22,887 nucleotides of DNA from a virus (lineage: Duplodnaviria > Heunggongvirae > Uroviricota > Caudoviricetes), in IMG/VR virus record IMGVR_UViG_2541047738_000004; one strand, written 5' to 3'. The notes under the pieces were generated by a model. It did no database searches and was not told the DNA's origin. It was given only the letters and a program-made list of their open reading frames with translations. Of the stretch, positions 1 to 8,090 are shown piece after piece. The position numbers were made by a program, and so were the translations under genes. Within the stretch, counting starts at the first letter, position 1, and each line of letters starts with the position of its first letter.

Positions 1-164
1 TGTTACGCCATATGGGCTGGACTGAAGCCGCAGACCTGATTGTTAAAGGTATGGAAGGCGCAATCAACGCCAAGACTGTAACCTATGACTTCGAACGTCT
101 GATGGAAGGCGCTAAATTGCTGAAATGTAGCGAGTTTGGCGACGCGATCATCAAGAACATGTAA
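1..164 (+). CDS. icd: Isocitrate dehydrogenase, 3' end (partial; frame starts at nt 3, stop TAA 162..164)
   Basis: Translation ...[53 protein letters not shown] matches the Icd C-terminus. Phage 21 and e14 are known to integrate here and supply a replacement 3' end. Confidence 0.85.
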   Translation, partial: LRHMGWTEAADLIVKGMEGAINAKTVTYDFERLMEGAKLLKCSEFGDAIIKNM

Positions 165-187
165 TCACTACATGTGTTAAATATTTA

Positions 188-216
188 AACGGGCGTGTTA
201 TACGCCCGTTGTTTTA
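188..216 (+). terminator. Rho-independent terminator downstream of icd
   Basis: Hairpin aacgggcg-tgttata-cgcccgtt followed by a T-tract (gttttat). Confidence 0.5.
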
Positions 217-231
217 TGATGATGTAAAATC

Positions 232-267
232 TTCCCCAAAACTTTCCCCAAAACCCTTCCCCAAAAC
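232..267. promoter_or_regulatory. Three tandem direct repeats TTCCCCAAAAC, candidate arm-type integrase binding sites (P' arm of att)
   Basis: Copies at 232..242, 244..254 and 257..267, immediately beyond the int stop codon, as for lambda P'1-P'3. Confidence 0.45.
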
Positions 268-277
268 TGGCTATTTT

Positions 278-1420
278 CTATGCTGTTTTGATATCTACGA
301 TAACCCAGTCTTTACCACGATCATCATTGTATCGGTCGGTCATTTTTCTGGATTTATGGCCTAACAACTTTTGCGTATCCAGACCCTGTTCCCGATATAA
401 CCGTTCTGACAGAGATCGCTGCTCATGAAATGTGGGCGCAGTTCCTTGCTCCCATTTTATGCCACATTTTTCCCTGGCCTTTTTAAAAGCCGTTGTCAGA
501 GTATTTGCAGAAACCTGGTCTCCTCTGTTTGCTTGAGAGGTAGTGTGACGGTAATGGACCAGATATTTACTAACAACAGCATCCCTGCACTGAGATATAA
601 CTTCACGAAGGGTAATATTCAGAGCATCGCATTTCAGGTTAAGCGGAATAGCAAGTTTTGAACCGGTTTTTTCCTGAGTAATGTGCAACATGTCGTCCCA
701 GATATCAGAGAATTTCAAATTGCAGATATCACCTAAACGTTGTCCAGTAACAAGAGCAAGTAGCATGCCGCATTTTAAATAGGGCTGCCGTCTGCTTACG
801 CTTTCAAATATTGCCTGCCATTCGGGCAGTGACAATCTTTGGCGGTTTACTCGATTTCGCGGTTGTTTTGTTGCCTGCGCTGGGTTAAATCCTGGCGGAA
901 CATGTCCTGCGTGTTGTGCTTCTTTGAAGACGTCGATCAACACCATTCTCACGACTTGCGCCATCCTGTTATGACCTTCAGCCTTTACAGCATCAATTAT
1001 TTCGGCAATATCAAGTGCGGTAATATCCTTGAGGTGTTGCATTCCACAATGCTCACGGAAAAGACGAATGGGTTTGCCTTTTTGCCGATAGGAGTTGGGT
1101 CTTAGTTCATTATGTTGCAGCCTGTCCTCCTGGATAGAAATATATTTATCAAGCCATTCTGTCACCGTAATTTCTGAGCGCCTGCCTTTCATTCTTTCCA
1201 GACGCTCATTGACGCTTAATATTTGTCGGGTACGTTGTTCAGCAATAATGGTATTTGCTTCAGTAGCAACTTGTTTTGCTTCATTCTCATCAGTTCCTAA
1301 GCTATGAAAACGACCGGATAGTGGATGTTTGTATTGCCAATATACCTTTCCGGTTCGCTTATCTAATTTGCAATATAAATTGGGTATAGAGATTTTGTGA
1401 GATCGGGGTCTAGCAGCCAT
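278..1420 (-). CDS. int: Tyrosine recombinase, phage integrase
   Basis: 380-aa ORF with a lambda-Int-family C-terminal catalytic region (…HEQRSLSERLY…LLGHKS…) at the prophage edge, overlapped by xis. Confidence 0.93.
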   Translation of the reverse strand: MAARPRSHKISIPNLYCKLDKRTGKVYWQYKHPLSGRFHSLGTDENEAKQVATEANTIIAEQRTRQILSVNERLERMKGRRSEITVTEWLDKYISIQEDRLQHNELRPNSYRQKGKPIRLFREHCGMQHLKDITALDIAEIIDAVKAEGHNRMAQVVRMVLIDVFKEAQHAGHVPPGFNPAQATKQPRNRVNRQRLSLPEWQAIFESVSRRQPYLKCGMLLALVTGQRLGDICNLKFSDIWDDMLHITQEKTGSKLAIPLNLKCDALNITLREVISQCRDAVVSKYLVHYRHTTSQANRGDQVSANTLTTAFKKAREKCGIKWEQGTAPTFHEQRSLSERLYREQGLDTQKLLGHKSRKMTDRYNDDRGKDWVIVDIKTA

Positions 1421-1646
1421 CAGCGATTATCCGTTGGAGTTTTGGGTTTGCGTTTATTGGGAGTTGCGGTTCTGCAAGCGTTCCTACAAAACGGGAATTT
1501 CGGTCAATCATCCAGTAGCGACCAACTTTTATAGCGGGTGGGGCCATCATTTTCCCTTGCGCGTATTTTTTCAGAACTCGCTCACTTGGTGCTAAGTCCC
1601 CAAATTCTTCTTTAGCCCAGTCCTGTAAAGTGATTAGTCGAGACAT
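1410..1646 (-). CDS. xis: Excisionase
   Basis: 78-aa ORF overlapping the int start, with a strong RBS (GAGGAGG). Position and size are typical of lambdoid Xis. Confidence 0.75.
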   Translation of the reverse strand: MSRLITLQDWAKEEFGDLAPSERVLKKYAQGKMMAPPAIKVGRYWMIDRNSRFVGTLAEPQLPINANPKLQRIIADGC

Positions 1647-1785
1647 TTGTCCTCCTCTTAGCTGCTGAGGGAGTTTGTGACCGATATATCTGACATGATA
1701 TTAAGCTCATGGCAGGTACATCTCTTGACTGGTCATAGAGATAAATTTAATGCTGAGAAATGCAGTATTGAATTTATCAATTTTT

Positions 1786-2025
1786 CTATTTCCTGCGTAT
1801 GGCACGTAACTTCTTAATGTGTTCTGCCGTTTCGATCTCTTCTGCTATCCGATCTGCATCAGCTTTATTCACAGGTTCAAAGTCATGATTAAAGCGGAAC
1901 ATGCTGGCGATACATGTTCTGCCTTTTCGGATGTAGTGAACTTTGTTGTAGGTAGAACGCAGGATTTTGCAGGGAGTGCCGTGGTGGTCGACGTACCAGG
2001 TGTTAGGAAAAATGATTCTGAGCAT
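1786..2025 (-). CDS. Hypothetical early-left (b2/ea region) phage protein
   Basis: 79-aa ORF with ATG start and GAGGTG RBS; no family recognised. Confidence 0.55.
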   Translation of the reverse strand: MLRIIFPNTWYVDHHGTPCKILRSTYNKVHYIRKGRTCIASMFRFNHDFEPVNKADADRIAEEIETAEHIKKLRAIRRK

Positions 2026-2072
2026 TTTTACACCTCAGTTGGACGATGTTGAAATTTGCTGCTTTGAGGCCA

Positions 2073-2291
2073 TCACAATCCCCATTGTTTGTTCTTAAGT
2101 TCGATCTCCTCCTGGCAACTTGCACAAGTCCGACAACCCTGAACGACCAGGCGTCTTCGCTCATCTATCGGATCGCCACACTCACAACAATGAGTGGCAG
2201 ATACAGTCTGGTAGTTCAGACGACGCATTTTTATTGCTGTATTGCGCTGTAATTCTTCGATTTCTGATGCTGAATCAATGATGTCTGCCAT
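2073..2291 (-). CDS. TraR/DksA-family C4 zinc-finger protein
   Basis: 72 aa with CxxC…CxxC (…HCCECGDPIDERRRLVVQGCRTCASCQ…), typical of phage TraR-like proteins. Confidence 0.7.
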   Translation of the reverse strand: MADIIDSASEIEELQRNTAIKMRRLNYQTVSATHCCECGDPIDERRRLVVQGCRTCASCQEEIELKNKQWGL

Positions 2292-2344
2292 CTTCCATTA
2301 ATCCCTGAATTGTTGGTTAATACGCTTGAGGGTGAATGCGAATA

Positions 2345-2369
2345 ATAAAAAAGGAGCCTGTAGCTCCCT
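2345..2369 (-). terminator. Putative rho-independent terminator (minus strand)
   Basis: Minus-strand hairpin GGAGCTACAGGCTCC followed by TTTTTTATT, just downstream of the 2390..2689 ORF. Confidence 0.4.
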
Positions 2370-2389
2370 GATGATTTTGCTTTTCATGT

Positions 2390-2689
2390 TCATCGCTCCT
2401 TAAAGACGCCGTTTAACATGCCGATCGCCAGGCTTAAATGAGTCGGTGTGAATCCCATCAGCGTTACCGTTTCGCGGTGCTTCTTCAGTACGCTACGGCA
2501 AATGTCATCGACGTTTTTATCCGGAAACTGCTGTCTGGCTTTTTTGATTTCAGAGTTAGCTTGACGGGCAATGCTGCGAAGGGCGTTTTTCTGCTGAGGT
2601 GTCACTGAACAAGCCCCATGCCGGAAAGCATAAGCACACAGAATATGAAGCCCGCCGCCAGAAAAATGCATTCTGTTGTTGTCATGCAA
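2390..2689 (-). CDS. Hypothetical phage protein (first ATG at 2671; 2689 is a TTG start)
   Basis: Co-directional ORF in the early-left operon; the start overlaps the upstream ORF stop. Confidence 0.5.
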   Translation of the reverse strand: MHDNNRMHFSGGGLHILCAYAFRHGACSVTPQQKNALRSIARQANSEIKKARQQFPDKNVDDICRSVLKKHRETVTLMGFTPTHLSLAIGMLNGVFKER

Positions 2690-2873
2690 GCTCTCTCTCG
2701 TTTGCCTCTGCTTTCGCCGCCATCATTTCCAGCTTTTGTGAAAGGGATGCGGCTAACGTATGAAATTCTTCGTCTGTTTCTGCTGGTATTGGCACAAACC
2801 TGACTCCAATTTGAGCAAGGCTATGTGCCATCTCAATGCTCGTTCTTAACTCAACAGGAGATGCTTTGTGCAT
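2682..2873 (-). CDS. Hypothetical phage protein
   Basis: 63-aa ORF, ATG with GAGGGG RBS, translationally coupled to neighbours. Confidence 0.5.
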   Translation of the reverse strand: MHKASPVELRTSIEMAHSLAQIGVRFVPIPAETDEEFHTLAASLSQKLEMMAAKAEANERELA

Positions 2874-3034
2874 ACAGCCCCTCGTTTATTATTTATCTCC
2901 TCAGCCAGCCGCTGGGCTTTCAGTGGATTTTGGATAACAGAAAGGCCGGGAAATACCCAGCCTCGCTTTGTAACGGAGTAGACGAAAGTGATCGCGCCTA
3001 CCCGGATATTATCGTGAGGATGCGTCATCGCCAT
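2846..3034 (-). CDS. Hypothetical phage protein
   Basis: 62-aa ORF with ATG and GGGGAG RBS; overlaps the exo stop by 10 nt. Confidence 0.4.
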   Translation of the reverse strand: MAMTHPHDNIRVGAITFVYSVTKRGWVFPGLSVIQNPLKAQRLAEEINNKRGAVCTKHLLLS

Positions 3035-3705
3035 TGCTCCCCAAATACAAAACCAATTTCAGCCAGTGCCTCGTCCATTTTTTCGATGAACTCCGGCACC
3101 ATCTCGTCAAAACTCGCCATGTACTTTTCATCCCGCTCAACCACGACATAATGCAGTCCTTCACGCTTCATACGCGGGTCATAGTTGGCAAAGTACCAGG
3201 CATCTTTTCGTGTCACCCACATGCTGTACTGCACCTGGGCCATGTAAGCCGACTTTATGGCCTCGAAACCACCGAGCCGGAACTTCATGAAATCCCGGGA
3301 GGTAAACGGGCATTTCAGCTCAAGGCCATTGCCGTCACTGCATAAACCATCGGGAGAGCAGGCGGTGCGCATACTTTCGTCGCGATAGATGATCGGGGAT
3401 TCAGTAACATTCACGCCGGAAGTGAATTCAAACAGAGTTCTGGCGTCGTTCTCGTACTGTTTTCCCCAGGCCAGCGCCTTAGCATTAACTTCCGGAGCCA
3501 CACCGGTGCAAACCTCAGCCAGCAGGGTGTGGAAGTAGGACATTTTCATGTCAGGCCACTTCTTTCCTGAGCGGGGCTTTGCTATCACGTTGTGAACTTG
3601 TGAAGCGGTGATGACGCCGAGCCGTAATTTGTGCCACGCATCATCTCCCTGCTCGATAGCTCTCACGTCGATCCCGGTACGCTGCAGGATAATGTCCGGT
3701 GTCAT
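3025..3705 (-). CDS. exo: Lambda exonuclease (Red-alpha)
   Basis: 226 aa, near-identical to lambda Exo as recalled ([16 protein letters not shown]…GEQWR). Confidence 0.97.
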   Translation of the reverse strand: MTPDIILQRTGIDVRAIEQGDDAWHKLRLGVITASQVHNVIAKPRSGKKWPDMKMSYFHTLLAEVCTGVAPEVNAKALAWGKQYENDARTLFEFTSGVNVTESPIIYRDESMRTACSPDGLCSDGNGLELKCPFTSRDFMKFRLGGFEAIKSAYMAQVQYSMWVTRKDAWYFANYDPRMKREGLHYVVVERDEKYMASFDEMVPEFIEKMDEALAEIGFVFGEQWR

Positions 3706-4487
3706 GCTGCCACCTTCTGTTCAGTGGCTTTTTGTTTCAGGAATCCAAGAGCTTTCACTGCTTCGTCCTGTGTCAGTTCTGACGATGCACGAATGTCGCG
3801 GCGAAATATCTGGGAACAGAGCGGCAATAAGTCGTCATCCCATGTTTTATCCAGGGCGATCAGCAGAGTGTTAATCTCCTGCATGGTTTCATCGTTAACC
3901 GGAGTGATGTCGCGTTCCGGCTGACGTTCTGCAGTGTATGCGGTATTTTCGACAATGCGCTCGGCTTCATCCTTGTCATAGATACCAGCAAATCCGAAGG
4001 CGAGACGGGCACACTGAATCATGGCTTTATGCCGTAACATCCGTTTGGGATGCGACTGCCACGGCCCCGTGATTTCTCTGCCTTCGCGAGTTTTGAATGG
4101 TTCGCGGCGGCATTCATCCATCCATTCGGTAACGCAGATCGGATGATTACGGTCCTTGCGGTAAATCCGGCATGTACAGGATTCATTGTCCTGCTCAAAG
4201 TCCATGCCATCAAACTGCTGGTTTTCATTGATGATGCGGGACCAGCCATCAACGCCCACCACCGGAACGATGCCGTTCTGCTTATCAGGGAAGGCGTAAA
4301 TTTCTTTCGTCCACGGATTAAGGCCGTACTGGTTGGCGACGATCAACAATGCGATGAACTGCGCATCGCTGGCATCACCTTTAAATGCCGTCTGGCGAAG
4401 AGTGGTGATCAGTTCCTGTGGGTCGACAGAATCCATGCCGACACGTTCAGCCAGCTTCCCTGCCAGCGTTGCGAGTGCTGTACTCAT
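3702..4487 (-). CDS. bet: Bet single-strand annealing recombinase (Red-beta)
   Basis: 261 aa matching lambda Bet ([20 protein letters not shown]…); ATGA overlap with exo. Confidence 0.97.
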   Translation of the reverse strand: MSTALATLAGKLAERVGMDSVDPQELITTLRQTAFKGDASDAQFIALLIVANQYGLNPWTKEIYAFPDKQNGIVPVVGVDGWSRIINENQQFDGMDFEQDNESCTCRIYRKDRNHPICVTEWMDECRREPFKTREGREITGPWQSHPKRMLRHKAMIQCARLAFGFAGIYDKDEAERIVENTAYTAERQPERDITPVNDETMQEINTLLIALDKTWDDDLLPLCSQIFRRDIRASSELTQDEAVKALGFLKQKATEQKVAA

Positions 4488-4492
4488 CCGTT

Positions 4493-4909
4493 TTATACCT
4501 CTGAATCAATATCAACCTGGTGGTGAGCAATGGTTTCAACCATGTACCGGATGTGTTCTGCCATGCGCTCCTGAAACTCAACATCGTCATCAAACGCACG
4601 GGTAATGGCTTTTTTGCTGGCCCCGTGGCGTTGCAAATGATCGATGCATAGCGATTCAAACAGGTGCTGGGGCAGGCCTTTTTCCATGTCGTCTGCCAGT
4701 TCTGCCTCTTTCTCTTCACGGGCGATCTGCTGGTAGTGACGCGCCCAGCTCTGAGCCTCAAGACGATCCTGAATGTAATAAGCGTTCATGGCTGAACTCC
4801 TGAAATAGCTGTGAAAATATCGCCCGCGAAATGCCGGGCTGATTAGGAAAACAGGAAAGGGGGTTAGTGAATGCTTTTGCTTGATCTCAGTTTCAGTATT
4901 AATATCCAT
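4493..4909 (-). CDS. gam: Gam, RecBCD inhibitor
   Basis: 138 aa matching lambda Gam ([61 protein letters not shown]…). Confidence 0.95.
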   Translation of the reverse strand: MDINTETEIKQKHSLTPFPVFLISPAFRGRYFHSYFRSSAMNAYYIQDRLEAQSWARHYQQIAREEKEAELADDMEKGLPQHLFESLCIDHLQRHGASKKAITRAFDDDVEFQERMAEHIRYMVETIAHHQVDIDSEV

Positions 4910-5007
4910 TTTTTATAAGCGTCGACGGCCTCACGAAACATCTTTTCATCGCCAATAAAAGTGGCGATAGTGAATTTAGTCTGGATAGCCATAAGTGTTT
5001 GATCCAT
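4864..5007 (-). CDS. kil: Kil, host cell-division inhibitor (47 aa)
   Basis: C-terminal 47 aa of the 4864..5133 ORF ([47 protein letters not shown]) matches lambda Kil. Confidence 0.85.
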   Translation of the reverse strand: MDQTLMAIQTKFTIATFIGDEKMFREAVDAYKKWILILKLRSSKSIH

Positions 5008-5140
5008 TTTTTGGGACTCCTGGCTGATTAAGTATGTCGATAAGGCGTTTCCATCCGTCACGTAATTTACGGGTGATTCGTTCAAGTAAAGATTCGGAAG
5101 GGCAGCCAGCAACAGGCCACCCTGCAATGGCATATTGCAT
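4976..5140 (-). CDS. cIII: cIII, FtsH inhibitor (54 aa; below the ORF-track size cutoff)
   Basis: Hand translation of the minus strand gives [54 protein letters not shown], matching lambda cIII; overlaps the kil start as in lambda. Confidence 0.85.
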   Translation of the reverse strand: MQYAIAGWPVAGCPSESLLERITRKLRDGWKRLIDILNQPGVPKNGSNTYGYPD

Positions 5141-5212
5141 GGTGTGCTCCTTATTTATACATAACGAAAAACGCCTCGAGTGAAGCGTTATTGGTATGCG
5201 GTAACGCCGCGC

Positions 5213-5581
5213 TCAGGCGGCTTTGATAGTCATATCATCTGAATCAAATATTCCTGATGTATCGATATCGGTAATTCTTATTCCTTCGCTACCATCCATT
5301 GGAGGCCATCCTTCCTGACCATTTCCATCATTCCAGTCGAACTCACACACAACACCATATGCATTTAAGTCGCTTGAAATTGCTATAAGCAGAGCATGTT
5401 GCGCCAGCATGATTAATACAGCATTTAATACAGAGCCGTGTTTATTGAGTCGGTATTCAGAGTCTGACCAGAAATTATTAATCTGGTGAAGTTTTTCCTC
5501 TGTCATTACGTCATGGTCGATTTCAATTTCTATTGATGCTTTCCAGTCGTAATCAATGATGTATTTTTTGATGTTTGACAT
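5213..5581 (-). CDS. ea10: Ea10-like early protein
   Basis: 122 aa matching lambda Ea10 as recalled (MSNIKKYIIDYDWKASIEIEIDHDVMTEEK…). Confidence 0.85.
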   Translation of the reverse strand: MSNIKKYIIDYDWKASIEIEIDHDVMTEEKLHQINNFWSDSEYRLNKHGSVLNAVLIMLAQHALLIAISSDLNAYGVVCEFDWNDGNGQEGWPPMDGSEGIRITDIDTSGIFDSDDMTIKAA

Positions 5582-5601
5582 CTATTCATATCCTCACAGA
5601 T

Positions 5602-5627
5602 AAAAAATCGCCCTCACATTGGAGGGC
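5602..5627 (-). terminator. tL-type rho-independent terminator upstream of ea10
   Basis: Minus-strand hairpin GCCCTC-loop-GAGGGC followed by a U-tract (complement of aaaaaa 5602..5607). Confidence 0.5.
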
Positions 5628-5841
5628 AAAGAAGATTTCCAATAATCAGAACAAGTCGGCTCCTGTTTAGTTACGAGCGACATTGCTCAGTGTATTCACT
5701 CGTTGGAATGAATACACAGTGCAGTGTTTATTAGTATGCCTGTCTTTTAACCACATCAGGCTCGGTGGTTCTCGTGTACCCCTACAGCGAGAAATCGGAT
5801 AAACTCTATTCACCCCTACAGAGAGCAAAAGAGAAACGCCG

Positions 5842-6423
5842 ATGAACAACTCATGGTGGCAGGAACTAATGCATTTTTTCCTGCAAGGAATGACACTTAA
5901 ACAGTTGATTCATATGCTAATCATCCTGATCATATTGATTATTGTTATGCCTGTAAGCGTAAAAGAATGGATAAACCTGCATAATCCAGAAATCCTTCCT
6001 CATTACTGGATGTATTACATCCTGTTGTTTTGCGTTAGCTATGTGCTTAACGGCGTTGTTAATTCCGCTTATCACGCTGTGACTGTAAGAATTGAGATAT
6101 TCGCTGCTCAGAAGCGCAAATCTAAAGAAGAGAAATACGTGCAAGATTTGTTTGATTCGTTAACTCTTGGAGAAAGAGCGTATTTGGCATTCGCTGTAGC
6201 CGCTAATAACCAGCTAAAGACAGAAAAGGGAAGCCCTGAAGCAATCTCATTGCTCGAAAAAGGGCTTCTTATTCGGGTACCTTCTGCTACTGGATATCCT
6301 GAAATCGACCGTTTTGTTATCCCGGAACGCTATAGAAATGAGTGCTACATTAGGTTTGCTGGGAAGAAAGACAGTCTTATGGATGAACTTATCGCTCAGG
6401 ATAAGCATGGCAAAAACAAGTAA
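5842..6423 (+). CDS. sieB: Superinfection exclusion protein B
   Basis: 193 aa with hydrophobic N-terminal helices (…LIHMLIILIILIIVMPV…), matching lambda SieB; opposite orientation to the pL operon as in lambda. Confidence 0.88.
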   Translation: MNNSWWQELMHFFLQGMTLKQLIHMLIILIILIIVMPVSVKEWINLHNPEILPHYWMYYILLFCVSYVLNGVVNSAYHAVTVRIEIFAAQKRKSKEEKYVQDLFDSLTLGERAYLAFAVAANNQLKTEKGSPEAISLLEKGLLIRVPSATGYPEIDRFVIPERYRNECYIRFAGKKDSLMDELIAQDKHGKNK

Positions 6424-6439
6424 TTAGCAAATGAATTTA

Positions 6440-6748
6440 TCATCTCGCCGTCAGTTGTTTTGATTTCCGGTAGCCTGCCGCGTAAATAGCTACGTTTGGC
6501 AGGCAAACACTTCCACTGCATTCATCTACTTTCTTGCAGCGAAGGCTTCCGAGTGATATTGCTTTTTCAGAAAGGCTTAACCGCTTTCTCGGGTCTTCCT
6601 GAACAGGTTCCTCACTGTCTGTGCCGAAGATCGAATCGATGATGTTGCAGATGGAATCACGCTCGATGGCCAGCTTTCTGCGCCGCTCATGACGGCGAGT
6701 TTTGGCATTTCCTGCAAATGTTGATTTTCCGTACACGATTACCGTCAT
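6440..6748 (-). CDS. N: N-type transcription antiterminator, P22 gene-24-like (start at internal ATG, 102 aa)
   Basis: Arginine-rich motif GNAKTRRHERRRKLAIER matches the P22 N (gp24) ARM; a P22-type boxB lies upstream. The ORF-track N-terminal extension lacks support. Confidence 0.8.
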   Translation of the reverse strand: MTVIVYGKSTFAGNAKTRRHERRRKLAIERDSICNIIDSIFGTDSEEPVQEDPRKRLSLSEKAISLGSLRCKKVDECSGSVCLPNVAIYAAGYRKSKQLTAR

Positions 6749-6866
6749 GATGTTTTCCTCATGTGAAATGGCTTTGGTGGTGATGCGCCAGATGCTGATC
6801 TTCTGGTTGCTGTCGTTACTGCTGCAATTCACATCACCCCAAACCCATCTCGTTTGGTATCTGTTC

Positions 6867-6900
6867 GCGCTTTGTCAGCGCATCATCGAAGTTAAAGAGC
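6867..6900 (-). promoter_or_regulatory. nutL (boxB 6867..6881; boxA-like 6892..6900)
   Basis: Minus-strand GCGCTGACAAAGCGC hairpin (P22-type boxB) preceded on the transcript by GCTCTTTAA (boxA-like). Confidence 0.6.
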
Positions 6901-7162
6901 CTGCCAATCTGTTCCGTTTGGCTGCCAGCGTCCTGCTGATGGCGATTATAATGAACCAATAGTTCGATATTATCAAGAACTATAAGTACGAATTGTTTGT
7001 GGTTCATTAACTTAATGAGATATGTTTTTGATATGTAAAGGAATTTATTTTTGTAAAGATTGAAGATTGGTCAGTAGGAGAGAAAGAATTGTTTGCTGGC
7101 GTGTTAGTTCGTGGGTTAGCACATGTGCGGATGTTAAATAAGGTAGACGATCGTGAGGAAAA

Positions 7163-7186
7163 GAAAAACCGGCGCTGAGGCCGGGT
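7163..7186 (-). terminator. Rho-independent terminator after the 299-aa gene (tIMM-like)
   Basis: Minus-strand hairpin CCGGC-loop-GCCGG followed by UUUUU, a few nt downstream of the stop at 7191. Confidence 0.5.
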
Positions 7187-7190
7187 ATAA

Positions 7191-8090
7191 TTATTTGATT
7201 ATTTCTTTTATAAAGACTTCTTTCGGTTGGTATTTTTTATCTGATGATTTGAGCTGGTACGTTATTGTTATATCAGCACGTACAGAAAATTTACCTGCAA
7301 AATCTGATGGGTTTACGTTGGGGCCAAGAACCATATTTACTCTTCGATCTATTAATCCAGGGATAACAGCAGCCCAACCTTTCTCTGGATTGTCGAGGTC
7401 TAATGCACGGATTTCAACATCAACATCAAAATGATCCTGAGTATATGACTCTGGTGTGAAGACAACTTCAGTTGGGGCTTTTTTAATGGTTTCAGCGGGA
7501 ATGGTCACTGTACCACCCCCTGTACCTATGACCATCGTAGATCCTTCGTCTGCCCTAGCTGGGGCAAGCGTCTTAATGGAACTTTTGGCAAGAGTCTTCT
7601 TATTGGTTACCGTGCTTTCTATGATTGCTTGAAGACGGTCAGGTGAAATATTAGCCTCACCGGCACCAATATTGATGATTGTATTGTTATTTGCTTCAAA
7701 GTGGGAGGTGTTGCTTGGAGCCATAGCCTTAGTTGCTAGAACTAAGCCATATCCAACCAGACCAATAACAACAGCACCAACGAGAGCGTTTCTCATTTTC
7801 CCATTTCCGATCTTTGCATGAGCGCCAGCAAGAAACTTGTCCATTTCTTCTTGGCTACCAAAGAGGAGTTTAATAACAATATCTTCATAAAGGCTTCCTG
7901 CTTCTAATCGCGCAACATGCACCGATATATCAAGGATATTAGCCCCTGTCAGTTCCTGCAAAACACCTTCTGATTGTTTTGCGATGGCCTCCCACCCTTG
8001 AAGGGAGGTAATCACATCTTTGATGCTTACAGGTTCTTTAGTTGAATAATATATGTTTTCGGTAAAGGTTAAAGATAATTCTTGGGACAT
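7191..8090 (-). CDS. Unrecognised 299-aa single-pass membrane protein in the rexAB-equivalent slot; candidate superinfection-exclusion or abortive-infection protein
   Basis: Long ORF with ATG and GAGGG RBS and a central hydrophobic helix (ALVGAVVIGLVGYGLVLATKAM). AT-rich compared with flanking genes, directly downstream of cI on the same strand, followed by its own terminator. No family recognised. Confidence 0.75.
   Translation of the reverse strand: MSQELSLTFTENIYYSTKEPVSIKDVITSLQGWEAIAKQSEGVLQELTGANILDISVHVARLEAGSLYEDIVIKLLFGSQEEMDKFLAGAHAKIGNGKMRNALVGAVVIGLVGYGLVLATKAMAPSNTSHFEANNNTIINIGAGEANISPDRLQAIIESTVTNKKTLAKSSIKTLAPARADEGSTMVIGTGGGTVTIPAETIKKAPTEVVFTPESYTQDHFDVDVEIRALDLDNPEKGWAAVIPGLIDRRVNMVLGPNVNPSDFAGKFSVRADITITYQLKSSDKKYQPKEVFIKEIIK

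Noticed and set aside
4050-4526. 158-aa plus-strand ORF overlapping bet
   Set aside because: Antisense to bet, whose identity is secure; lambda has no gene here.
5667-5849. 60-aa minus-strand ORF as a possible ral homologue
   Set aside because: No similarity to lambda Ral as recalled and no convincing RBS. It spans the terminator/sieB-promoter gap, so ral appears to be absent.
6749-6832. N-terminal extension of N in the ORF track (MNCSSNDSNQ…)
   Set aside because: The conserved P22-type N sequence begins at MTVIVYGKSTFAGNAKTRR; the extension runs into the leader toward nutL.
7153-7434. 93-aa plus-strand ORF overlapping the 3' end of the 299-aa gene
   Set aside because: It overlaps the terminator and runs antisense to the better-supported minus-strand gene; no RBS.
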